Both the position numbers and the translations under genes were made by a program. DNA of 21,007 nt from an uncultured Fibrobacterales bacterium (GTDB taxonomy: Bacteria; Fibrobacterota; Fibrobacteria; Fibrobacterales; CAWVXU01), in assembly GCA_963934255.1 (NCBI GenBank), contig CAWVXU010000044.1, forward strand, positions 1-21,007. Direction: 5' to 3'. The first letter of the stretch is position 1; each line of letters begins with the position of its first letter. Below the pieces are notes generated by a model. That model was not told the DNA's origin and made no database searches. It saw nothing but the letters and a program-made list of their open reading frames with translations. Below are positions 1-8,558 of the stretch, piece by piece.

Positions 1-282
1 CTCAAAGAATTTAATCGTTTACATTAAGTTCTTGCTTAAATGATTTGGGATAAGTTTTTGTACACATGAAGTAGCCTTTTTTCTAAGATATAATTGATAC
101 GAGGATGAATAAGAAAATTAAGGGTTAGTATGCTATATCACTTTGAGTCGTGGCAGTCTCCTTATTCCTGCTAATTTCTTTTCATTACCTTTAATCAACT
201 TCCTGTCGGGTAAACCAATGAATTTAAATTTTATAGAGAAATAAAAAGTATCTTGTATTTATATATAATACTGAGGTTCACA

Positions 283-930
283 ATGCCGCCAAAAAAAATA
301 AACGCAGATATTATCATAGATCAGTACATGAACTACGTTCTTGAACACAATGAGCAACCAAAAAATGTTTACCAGTTCACTAAGTCCTTCAAAGCAAAAG
401 AAGCAGATTTCTATAAATACTTTGGTAATTTCCAAGCGATTGAAAAAACTGTATTTGAAAATTTATTCAAAGAAACAGTTGATTTGTTAGAGAATGATGA
501 TAATTATGCAGACTATGATTCCAAGACGAAAATTTTGTCTTTCTATTTTACTTTTATTGAGATGATGACCGCAAATCGCTCATTCATTCACTTTGTCTTA
601 GATTCAGGTAAGAATCACCTTCACTCCCTCAAGCCCTTGATGTGTATTAAAAAACATTTTATCGGATTTATCGCTGCGATGGAGATTTCAAATCTTGATT
701 TAAAAATACAAGGTCTAGAACGATTTAAAGAAAAGACGGAATCAGAAGTTATTTGGAATCATCTTTTATGTACAATTCACTTTTGGTTGAACGACACTTC
801 GGCTGGATTTGAGAAAACAGACACTTTCATTGAAAAATCAATAAATACTGGTTTTGAATTCTTAAATACAAAGCCCCTAGAAAACCTTTTAGATTTAGGG
901 AAATTTCTCTATAAAGAAATTTCAAAATAA
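283..930 (+). CDS. TetR/AcrR family transcriptional regulator (Bacteroidota-like type)
   Basis: The N-terminal HTH-like segment 'PKNVYQFTK...EADFYKYFGNFQAIEK' and the C-terminal 'FWLNDTSAGFEKTDTFIEKS' match this TetR subfamily as I recall it. ATG at 283 is preferred over TTG at 253 because GAGG lies at 273-276. Confidence 0.8.
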   Translation: MPPKKINADIIIDQYMNYVLEHNEQPKNVYQFTKSFKAKEADFYKYFGNFQAIEKTVFENLFKETVDLLENDDNYADYDSKTKILSFYFTFIEMMTANRSFIHFVLDSGKNHLHSLKPLMCIKKHFIGFIAAMEISNLDLKIQGLERFKEKTESEVIWNHLLCTIHFWLNDTSAGFEKTDTFIEKSINTGFEFLNTKPLENLLDLGKFLYKEISK

Positions 931-2235
931 ATGCAAAGTATAAATAAAATCCCGACATCAAAAATCCAAAGAGCCTCTCAACTACTTCAAACCGGGGCAA
1001 AAGTGGGTGTAAACTATGTTAAATATAGTGTAGATAAAGTCATCAATGATGAAGATTTGGCCAAGGATCGATTTGATCAAAATAACGCAAAAGACATATA
1101 CAATGGACTCAAGAAATTAAAAGGGTCTGCGTTAAAAGTAGCCCAGATGCTGAGTATGGATCAGAATCTTCTACCTCAGGCCTATGTTGATCAATTTTCT
1201 TTGTCGCAATTTTCGGTTCCTCCCTTATCCTCGGCATTAGTCAAAAAAACATTCAGAAATTATTTCTCAAAAAGTCCTACTGATATTTTTGATACATTTG
1301 ATCTAGATGCTAAGTATGCAGCAAGTATTGGTCAAGTTCATCAAGCCACACTTAAAGGCAAGGTATATGCAGTAAAAATTCAATACCCAGGTGTTGCTGA
1401 TTCAATTTCATCGGATTTGGCCATTGTCAAGCCAGTGGCTTTGAGATTATTTAACCTCAAGGCCAAAGACTCTGAAATTTATTTCAAAGAAGTAGAAGAG
1501 AAACTCTTAGAAGAAACCGATTACGAGCTTGAGCTCAGACAAAGTTTGGACATTCAAACAAAATGTTCTCATCTTGAGGGGATTATTTTCCCAAATTATT
1601 ACCCAGAATTCTCATCTGATCGTATCATCACTATGGATTGGATGGAGGGGCAGCACCTCTCAGAATTTGCCAAATCAAATACGGACAATGCTCTTGCCAA
1701 TCAAGTAGGCCAGGCTCTATGGGACTTTTACATGTTTCAAATACATACGCTCAAAAAAGTTCATGCTGACCCCCACCCAGGTAACTTCTTGGTGGCTAAA
1801 GACGCCAAATTAATAGCTCTTGACTTTGGTTGTATTAAATCAATTCCTGACGATTTCTATACTCCTTACTTTGATCTTGCAGTAAAAGAAAACATGGACA
1901 ATGAAGACTTTTTTAGAAAAAAGATGTTTGAACTTGAAATGATTAAGACTACAGATAGTCAAGAAGAGCAGGCTTATCTTAAGGTGATGTTTTCTGATCT
2001 ACTGAGCACTTTTACCATGCCTTTCAATACGGAACAATTTGATTTTAGTGATGAGAAGTTTTTCCAAAAAATTGCAACGATGGCTGAGGGCTATGGTAAA
2101 GATCCTGCGTTCAAAAAAATTGACGGTAACCGTGGTTCCAAGCATTTCATATACATGAATAGAACATTCTTTGGTTTGTATAATTTGTTGCACACCCTTA
2201 AGGCTGATAAAATCAAAATCGATAAATACTTTTAA
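931..2235 (+). CDS. ABC1/AarF/UbiB (COQ8-like) atypical kinase
   Basis: KVAQ (KxGQ-like motif), AASIGQVH, VKIQ, HADPHPGN and DFG motifs. Starts immediately after the TetR stop codon. Confidence 0.92.
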   Translation: MQSINKIPTSKIQRASQLLQTGAKVGVNYVKYSVDKVINDEDLAKDRFDQNNAKDIYNGLKKLKGSALKVAQMLSMDQNLLPQAYVDQFSLSQFSVPPLSSALVKKTFRNYFSKSPTDIFDTFDLDAKYAASIGQVHQATLKGKVYAVKIQYPGVADSISSDLAIVKPVALRLFNLKAKDSEIYFKEVEEKLLEETDYELELRQSLDIQTKCSHLEGIIFPNYYPEFSSDRIITMDWMEGQHLSEFAKSNTDNALANQVGQALWDFYMFQIHTLKKVHADPHPGNFLVAKDAKLIALDFGCIKSIPDDFYTPYFDLAVKENMDNEDFFRKKMFELEMIKTTDSQEEQAYLKVMFSDLLSTFTMPFNTEQFDFSDEKFFQKIATMAEGYGKDPAFKKIDGNRGSKHFIYMNRTFFGLYNLLHTLKADKIKIDKYF

Positions 2236-2629
2236 GATGGCATTCAGGCTATTTTATACATCTTAAACTCATAAAATATTCTGACACAGTTGCTATATCA
2301 CGAGTGGTATCACGGTCATTATAACTTCATAATAAATTCTAGAGCCCACCATAGGTGGGTAATCCGGTATCGATGGATTGGATTCGAAATACTATTTGAG
2401 TGAAAGGTCATAGGGACAATATCATCACAACTTTGAATTTCATGTCTAGCGACTTCATTCAACAGACTAACTAAGACGAGAGAAATATTCACTTTCGTTA
2501 AATCTCTACGCTTAAAGAAATTGTGACTGTTCTCTTAAAAGCGCACACCAAATACCTTAAATAACTAAAAAAACACAAAACCAAGGTTCATCAATTGATC
2601 ATAGTGGTTTATCTATTCATTGATAGTTG

Positions 2630-2649
2630 TGGTATAATATTCAAGGAGG
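2630..2649 (+). promoter_or_regulatory. Extended -10 box (TGgTATAAT) and Shine-Dalgarno site for the amine catabolism operon
   Basis: TGGTATAAT at 2630-2638, AAGGAGG at 2643-2649, ATG at 2656. No consensus -35. Confidence 0.6.
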
Positions 2650-2655
2650 TCAGAT

Positions 2656-4032
2656 ATGAGTCGTATAAAGACCAAGAATCCTTTTACTTTAAAGACGCTA
2701 AAAGAATATGCATTGGACCAAGAACCTTTACTTAAGGTACAGAGGTCTCGGGATGTTCAAAAAAAGTGGGCGAGTAGTTCAGTGGAAGATCGAGTTTCCA
2801 AATTAAGAGAAGCTTTGAAATATTTTACTCAAGAAATTGATTCCATCGCTTTGATGATTACTGAGCATGTTGGCAAGCCCCTCAATCAATCTAAAAATGA
2901 AGTCAATTCAATGATTGATCGCGCGGAATTTTTATTTAAAAGCGCGCCTGATGAATTAAAGGATGATCTTTTACCTGAGCAAGAGGGATTGTACAGAAAA
3001 ATAGTTCACGAACCTCATGGTGTTGTCTTTATTATCTCGGCATGGAATTACCCTCTCTTAATTACCATTAATGGATTAATGGCAGCACTACTATCAGGTA
3101 ATTCTGTTTTGCTCAAGCACTCTTCAAAGACTTTAGGAGTCGGTGAGTTGTTCAGTCAAGTATTTGGAACAATCAAGGGTTTTGAAGATTTGGTTCAAGA
3201 CATCGTTCTTGATCATGCTCAAACAAGTGAAATAATTCAAAAGATGCCTATTGACTATGTGATATTCACAGGTTCAGTCAGTGGTGGTAAGCAAATTAAT
3301 CAAGACGCTTCTCATCAACTTCTACAATGTCAGTTAGAACTGGGAGGCAAAGATGCTGCTTATGTTCATAAAGATGCCAACCTTCATCATGCCGTAGAAT
3401 CCATCGTAGATGGTGCCATGTATAACGCTGGACAATCTTGTTGTGGCGTTGAGCGTGTCTATGTGCACGAGGACTATTATGATGAATTTATTGAAAGAGC
3501 CAAACAATTAGTTGAGTCTTATGTATTAGGTGATCCGTTGAATGAAGCCACTCAAATGGGCCCATTGGCGGATTCGAATTCAGCGAAGTACATGTCAGAA
3601 CAAATTGATGAAGCGGTCAAAGTGGGAGCTAAATTATTGGTGGGAGGCAAATCAAAGATCACCCAAGGAGCGCTCTTTTTTGAACCGACCTTAATTGTAG
3701 ATGTCCCACAAGATTCACTCTTGATTCAAGAGGAAAATTTTGGCCCTATCTTGCCTGTAGTAAAAGTTAAAAATGAAATTGAGGCCATTGGATATATTAA
3801 TGATTCAAACTTTGGACTGAGTTGCTCCTTGTTCACACAAGATCAAGACCTTGCTTTAAGGTGGAGTCAGGATGTAGAAGCTGGGACTGTCTTTATGAAT
3901 TGTTGTGACTTTCTGGATCCGGCTCTTGCATGGACTGGTTATAAGAACAGTGGTAAGGGTTCAGGGTTGTCCAGGTATACATTTCAGTTTTTGACCAAAC
4001 TCAAATCAATAAATTTAAAAAAGGTTAAATAG
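2656..4032 (+). CDS. NAD(P)-dependent aldehyde dehydrogenase
   Basis: WNYP, FTGS, LELGGK (catalytic Glu), GQSCC (catalytic Cys) and EENFGP motifs. Confidence 0.95.
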   Translation: MSRIKTKNPFTLKTLKEYALDQEPLLKVQRSRDVQKKWASSSVEDRVSKLREALKYFTQEIDSIALMITEHVGKPLNQSKNEVNSMIDRAEFLFKSAPDELKDDLLPEQEGLYRKIVHEPHGVVFIISAWNYPLLITINGLMAALLSGNSVLLKHSSKTLGVGELFSQVFGTIKGFEDLVQDIVLDHAQTSEIIQKMPIDYVIFTGSVSGGKQINQDASHQLLQCQLELGGKDAAYVHKDANLHHAVESIVDGAMYNAGQSCCGVERVYVHEDYYDEFIERAKQLVESYVLGDPLNEATQMGPLADSNSAKYMSEQIDEAVKVGAKLLVGGKSKITQGALFFEPTLIVDVPQDSLLIQEENFGPILPVVKVKNEIEAIGYINDSNFGLSCSLFTQDQDLALRWSQDVEAGTVFMNCCDFLDPALAWTGYKNSGKGSGLSRYTFQFLTKLKSINLKKVK

Positions 4033-4033
4033 T

Positions 4034-5401
4034 ATGAATCAAATTGATGAATTATTGAGGGTATACCAAGAAGAGGATATCAAACGAATCAAATTAGCCT
4101 TTATTGATATCGACGGTGTGCATCGAGGTAAATATGTCTCCATTGAAAAATTTGAAGGAATACTCAAAGATGGAGGAGGATTTTGTGATTGTGTGTTGGG
4201 CTGGGATATGAATGATCAGCTCTATGATCATGCGCAATATACTGGGTGGCATACGGCTTTCCCCGATGCCAAATACAAAGTAGATCTGAGGAGTGAGCGT
4301 CGATTGAAAGATGAAAATAATACACCGCTTTTTTTAATTGACTTTGTCGATGAAGAGGGTGGTCTTCATCCTATCTGCCCTAGGAGTGTTTTTAAAAGGG
4401 TCCTAAGGCAAGCCGATCAGATGGGCTATGCTGTTCAGCTTGCTTTTGAATATGAGTTTTTCGTTTTCAATGAGACTTCTCAAAGTGTGCGAGATAAAGG
4501 CTATCAGAATTTAATCCCTATTAGCCCCGGTAATTTTGGTTATTCGCTTTTAAGAACCAATGTTTTTTCAGATTTGTTTCATGAATTTCAAGATTATTGT
4601 GATGATCTAGGGATTGAGATTGAGGGGATACATTGTGAAACAGGTTCAGGGGTTTGGGAAGCGGCTCTGAGATATTGCGATGCACAAGAAGCGGTCGATC
4701 GTGCAGCTCTATTTAAAACGTTTACTAAATCGTTTTTTCAAAAACGTGGAATGATCGTGACCTTCATGGCGAAGTGGTCTATGGACTTCCCTGGACAATC
4801 CGGTCATATTCATCAATCCTTATTAAATCGTGATGGGAAGAATGTTTTCTTTGATCAAGATGGGGAACACTTGATGTCCTCTCAAATGAAACATTATCTA
4901 GCAGGACAGGTGGAGTATCTTAAAGAACTCCTACCCATGTGTGCTCCAAGTATCAACTCATATACAAGACTTGTCAAAGGTGCTTGGGCACCCACCACAT
5001 CTTCATGGGGTGTAGAGAATAGAACAACCTCATTTAGAGTCATACCAGGGAGTGAGAAGTCTCAACGTGTTGAGTTTAGGTTGGGTTCGGCTGATGCTAA
5101 TCCCTATCTTGCCGCAGCTGCAATGCTAGGGGCTGGCCTTGCTGGAATCAAAGACTCTTTGGATCTGCCTGCAAGAATGACTGGTAATGCCTATGAACAA
5201 GAAGATGGCTTAGATGAACATTATCAACTCTCTAGTAACCTTCGAGATGCGACCAGGTGTTTTAAAAATTCAAAAAAAGCCATTGAAATATTAGGTGAAG
5301 AATTTGTCGAGCATTTTACTGCTTCAAGGTTATGGGAAGTCAGAGAATATGAAAAGCAAGTGACTCAGTGGCAACTTGAACGATACTTTGAAATTATTTG
5401 A
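4034..5401 (+). CDS. Glutamine synthetase-like gamma-glutamyl ligase (GlnA4/PuuA-like)
   Basis: DIDGVHRGK, FEYEFF, HCETGSGVWE, TFMAK, GQSGHIHQS, ENRT and RVEFRLGSADANPY motifs. The catabolic gene context argues against housekeeping GlnA. Confidence 0.88.
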   Translation: MNQIDELLRVYQEEDIKRIKLAFIDIDGVHRGKYVSIEKFEGILKDGGGFCDCVLGWDMNDQLYDHAQYTGWHTAFPDAKYKVDLRSERRLKDENNTPLFLIDFVDEEGGLHPICPRSVFKRVLRQADQMGYAVQLAFEYEFFVFNETSQSVRDKGYQNLIPISPGNFGYSLLRTNVFSDLFHEFQDYCDDLGIEIEGIHCETGSGVWEAALRYCDAQEAVDRAALFKTFTKSFFQKRGMIVTFMAKWSMDFPGQSGHIHQSLLNRDGKNVFFDQDGEHLMSSQMKHYLAGQVEYLKELLPMCAPSINSYTRLVKGAWAPTTSSWGVENRTTSFRVIPGSEKSQRVEFRLGSADANPYLAAAAMLGAGLAGIKDSLDLPARMTGNAYEQEDGLDEHYQLSSNLRDATRCFKNSKKAIEILGEEFVEHFTASRLWEVREYEKQVTQWQLERYFEII

Positions 5402-5410
5402 GAGGACATT

Positions 5411-6577
5411 ATGAATCAATACAATTACCCCACGGTTATCTATAGTGGCGAAAATGCTGCCCATTCTTTGGGAGAGTATTTAAAGAAATCAAATCATCAA
5501 AAGGCCATGATTGTCACCGATCAACAATTGGTGAAACTCGGCATAGTCAAGACACTTGTTGAAGACTTGAATTTTGAGGATCAAGACTATGTCGTCTATG
5601 ATGGAGTGCATCCCAATCCTATTGAAGATGATGTCAAAAACGGGGTAGATTTTTATCAAAATAATTCTTGTGATTACTTAATCGCACTAGGTGGTGGTAG
5701 CCCAATGGATGTGGCTAAGGTAATTAAAATTATGCTGAATCACCCATGGCCAATGGAACAGTATGATGATAGCTTAGGTGGTGATGATCTCATCACAGAG
5801 GTGATGCCAGAGCTCTATGCTATACCTACAACTGCGGGTACTGGATCTGAAGTCGGACGTGCAGGTGTAATTATTCTCAAGAAAAGCCAAAGAAAAACGA
5901 TTTTCTTTCACCCAGATCTCATCCCTAAGATTGCAATACTGGACCCAACATATTCAATGAATTTACCTAGGTCCATCACAGTGGCCACGGGGATTGACGC
6001 TTTAGTTCATTGTATGGAAGCATTTTTATCCCCAGGGTTTCATCCCATGGCAGATGGGATTGCCCTCGAAGGAACTCAGTTGGTTTTACAAAATTTACCC
6101 AAGGTGTTTGACGATGGGCATGATTTGGATGCAAGAAATAAAATGCTCATGGCTGCCACGATGGGGGCTACAGCATTTCAGAAGGGACTAGGTATGGTGC
6201 ACTCTCTTGCACACCCGTTATCTTCTCAATTCAATTTACATCACGGATTAGCGAATGCTTTGATGTTAATTGAATCATTGAAATTTATTGATCAAAGAGT
6301 GATGCATGGAGGGAGTGAAGAAAGAAATAAACTTCAACGTTTAGAAGACGTGATCAAATCAAGTTTAGATCAGAAAACGAGTTCTAAAAGTCTACCAGAT
6401 ATTTTGAGTGACTTTATGAATGACTTAGAAGTGGAACTTGGATTGTCCCATCATGGTATCACTGAAAATGATTTGGATAAATTGAGTGAAGAAGCTTTTA
6501 TGGATGGTTGTCATCAAACCAATATTATCCCCATACAACAAGACGACTTGAGACTTGTCTATAGAAAGGCTTTGTGA
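5411..6577 (+). CDS. Iron-containing alcohol dehydrogenase
   Basis: GGGSPMDVAK, PTTAGTGSE, GIDALVHCME, HSLAH and HHG motifs. AGAGG lies upstream. Confidence 0.93.
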   Translation: MNQYNYPTVIYSGENAAHSLGEYLKKSNHQKAMIVTDQQLVKLGIVKTLVEDLNFEDQDYVVYDGVHPNPIEDDVKNGVDFYQNNSCDYLIALGGGSPMDVAKVIKIMLNHPWPMEQYDDSLGGDDLITEVMPELYAIPTTAGTGSEVGRAGVIILKKSQRKTIFFHPDLIPKIAILDPTYSMNLPRSITVATGIDALVHCMEAFLSPGFHPMADGIALEGTQLVLQNLPKVFDDGHDLDARNKMLMAATMGATAFQKGLGMVHSLAHPLSSQFNLHHGLANALMLIESLKFIDQRVMHGGSEERNKLQRLEDVIKSSLDQKTSSKSLPDILSDFMNDLEVELGLSHHGITENDLDKLSEEAFMDGCHQTNIIPIQQDDLRLVYRKAL

Positions 6578-7293
6578 TGAGACTTGGCTTGCTCATCTGC
6601 GATGAATCAAAATCAACAATTGATCATCCTTGTGGAAGTTATCTGAATATGTTTCAGAAACTTTTTAGTGAATTTAAAGAGGTGGAATTAGTGGGCTTTG
6701 ATCTAATTCAAGGGGAGTACCCGCAGGATCTGACAGAGTTTGATGGATTTGTTTCCACGGGATCTTCGGTCTCGGTCTATGATGACCTTATTTGGGTTCA
6801 GGAGTTTGAAGAGTTTCTTAGGACGTTGCATCGATTAGATATTAAGTTCTTTGGAATCTGTTTTGGTCACCAAATGTTAGCAAGAGCATTAGGAGGCGAG
6901 GTAGGCAAGGCAACTCAAGGTTGGATGGTAGGTGTCAAATCAGTGGAAGTTCATTCTGTACAAGATTGGATGGATCCCAATATTCAGACATCAGCTGAGA
7001 ATAAAACTAAGGTAAATATTATATCGAGCCACCAAGACCAAGTGCTCACTCTTCCCAAGGATGGATTTCCCATTGCTTCTTCATTGGATTGCCCCTTAGC
7101 AATGTTTGGTGTAGGTGAGAATTTTGTGGGCATACAAGGCCATCCAGAGTTTCAAAGAGAGTATGCCGAGCCATTACTCGAATCTAGGCGTGGGATGATT
7201 GGTGATGTCATTGTCGATCAAGCCATTCAAAGCTATGAAGAAGTTTTGGACAGTAAGGGAGTCGCTCGATGGATTGTGAATTTTATGAAATGA
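6574..7293 (+). CDS. Class I glutamine amidotransferase (probable gamma-glutamyl amide hydrolase)
   Basis: GICFGHQ nucleophile and QGHPE catalytic His/Glu. GTGA overlap with the upstream stop; the start could instead be ATG at 6577. Confidence 0.88.
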   Translation: MMRLGLLICDESKSTIDHPCGSYLNMFQKLFSEFKEVELVGFDLIQGEYPQDLTEFDGFVSTGSSVSVYDDLIWVQEFEEFLRTLHRLDIKFFGICFGHQMLARALGGEVGKATQGWMVGVKSVEVHSVQDWMDPNIQTSAENKTKVNIISSHQDQVLTLPKDGFPIASSLDCPLAMFGVGENFVGIQGHPEFQREYAEPLLESRRGMIGDVIVDQAIQSYEEVLDSKGVARWIVNFMK

Positions 7294-7398
7294 GGTGAAA
7301 ATAATGATATTGTAGGAATTAGCTCATCCTTAAACTTGATAATATGAGCTATTCAACTGAGACCTCTCACTCTTTAAGTTCAACAATAGTATTATTAA

Positions 7399-7529
7399 CT
7401 GACTTGGCATCCTCAGCTCCCAAGCCTTCTTTGGATGACTGAAAAGCAGACCCCTGCGGGTTCGTAAATCAATCTAAGTGACTAGCACACTTTTAGAACA
7501 CAAATAAACTCACTTATACGCCAAGTCAG
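7399..7529. ncRNA. Candidate structured RNA or cis-regulatory element, unassigned
   Basis: Perfect 10-bp closing stem CTGACTTGGC (7399-7408)/GCCAAGTCAG (7520-7529) enclosing three further stems. Locally GC-rich inside an AT-rich spacer. Confidence 0.4.
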
Positions 7530-7590
7530 GACTTCTAATATATCTTTAATCCAGAAACAAAATGTTATTAGAAATACTTCGGAGACAGAT

Positions 7591-8400
7591 ATGAAACAAA
7601 TTTTCTTTACTTTAATGCTCTTAACAAGCTTTTCCTTATTAGGATGTGTGATCGAATCACAAGATGAAGCCTTGACTGCTGATTCAACTTCTAACAATGA
7701 ATTAAATTCAAGTTCTCATGCTGGTATTGATTCAATCTGGAAAAAAGATACTGATTCAATCAATCAAGAAGATATTGATTCAACCAATCAAAAAGATATT
7801 GATTCAACTCAATATTATACTGATTCAACTCAATATGAATTTCCCGACTTCATGACTTGCACATTGGATTACACTCCAGTCTGTGGAGATGATGGTAATA
7901 CTTATTCTAATGATTGTCATGCCACCCGCGCAGGTATCAAAAATTATAAAGAGGGCGAATGTCTTCGCATTCTTGATTCACTGATAAGCAAAGATTCACT
8001 TGACATAACTAAGCCTCAAATGTGCACTAAACTTTATGCTCCTGTCTGTGGAGATGACGGTCAGACTTATTCAAATGATTGTCTTGCCGAAAACGCAGGT
8101 GTGAAAAATTATACAAAGGGTGGATGCACTGATATAGTGATTGATTCAGTAATTTCACCACAATGTCCAGTGTTTATTCGTGACCCATTGGATATTGAAT
8201 GCGGTCAAGGACAAATGCCTAAAGCTGTTTATGATGAATCAGGTTGTTTAATTGATGCTAAATGTGCTGAGGTTATTTTGGATCCAGTGCAAGTCTGTGA
8301 TAAAGTGGGACCGTATTTATTTGGTCCTAAAACTCCAAACTCAGATTGTTGGGATGAATATGATGCAAATGGTTGTTATGAAGTGAGTGTCTGTTACTAA
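7591..8400 (+). CDS. Lipoprotein with two Kazal-type serine protease inhibitor domains and a Cys-rich C-terminus
   Basis: Lipobox LLGC; two CxxxYxPVCGDDGxTYSNDC...GxC repeats; GGAG upstream. Confidence 0.88.
   Translation: MKQIFFTLMLLTSFSLLGCVIESQDEALTADSTSNNELNSSSHAGIDSIWKKDTDSINQEDIDSTNQKDIDSTQYYTDSTQYEFPDFMTCTLDYTPVCGDDGNTYSNDCHATRAGIKNYKEGECLRILDSLISKDSLDITKPQMCTKLYAPVCGDDGQTYSNDCLAENAGVKNYTKGGCTDIVIDSVISPQCPVFIRDPLDIECGQGQMPKAVYDESGCLIDAKCAEVILDPVQVCDKVGPYLFGPKTPNSDCWDEYDANGCYEVSVCY
7681..7838 (+). repeat. Degenerate 24-nt coding tandem repeat with a GATTCAA core (Asp-Ser-Thr/Ile linker)
   Basis: GATTCAA at 7681, 7729, 7753, 7777, 7801 and 7822, with AATTCAA at 7705. Period is 24 nt except the last, which is 21. 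Confidence 0.75.
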
Positions 8401-8447
8401 TGACTAGCTAATTCTCAAGGTTGAATTGACTCCAACCAATCGACCGG

Positions 8448-8476
8448 AACCGTCATTTTGGCGGTTTTTTTGTTTT
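8448..8476 (+). terminator. Rho-independent terminator after the Kazal lipoprotein gene
   Basis: AACCGTCA/TGGCGGTT stem with one G-U pair, followed by a T-rich tract. Confidence 0.8.
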
Positions 8477-8558
8477 GGTAGGATGAAATATCATATCAAT
8501 TATTACATACTCCAATATGAGTATAGATTATCTTGGCACACTATCTTTGGAGGTGAAT

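Noticed and set aside
11..67. 18-aa minus-strand ORF MCTKTYPKSFKQELNVND resembling an IS3 OrfA start
   Set aside because: It is too short, stops early, shows no terminal inverted repeat and lies at the window edge.
4034..5401. Housekeeping glnA
   Set aside because: The operon context with ALDH, ADH and GATase fits a GS-like gamma-glutamyl ligase, so no gene symbol was assigned.
7380..7460. TPP riboswitch on the minus strand (GGGG...GCTGAG)
   Set aside because: The CCC...GAACCTGATC...TAAT...GCGTAGGGA half is missing and no thiamine gene is nearby.
7413..7470. Twister ribozyme resemblance (TCCCAAGCC...AAAAGCAGA)
   Set aside because: No P4 stem closes the loop, and the GAGGG needed for pseudoknot T1 is absent (it reads GACCC).
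7482..7697. 71-aa minus-strand ORF
   Set aside because: It is antisense to the well-supported lipoprotein start and has no recognisable motif.
7681..7838. CRISPR-like periodic repeat
   Set aside because: The repeat is in frame within a gene, has a 24-nt period and a 7-nt core, and lacks spacers and cas genes.
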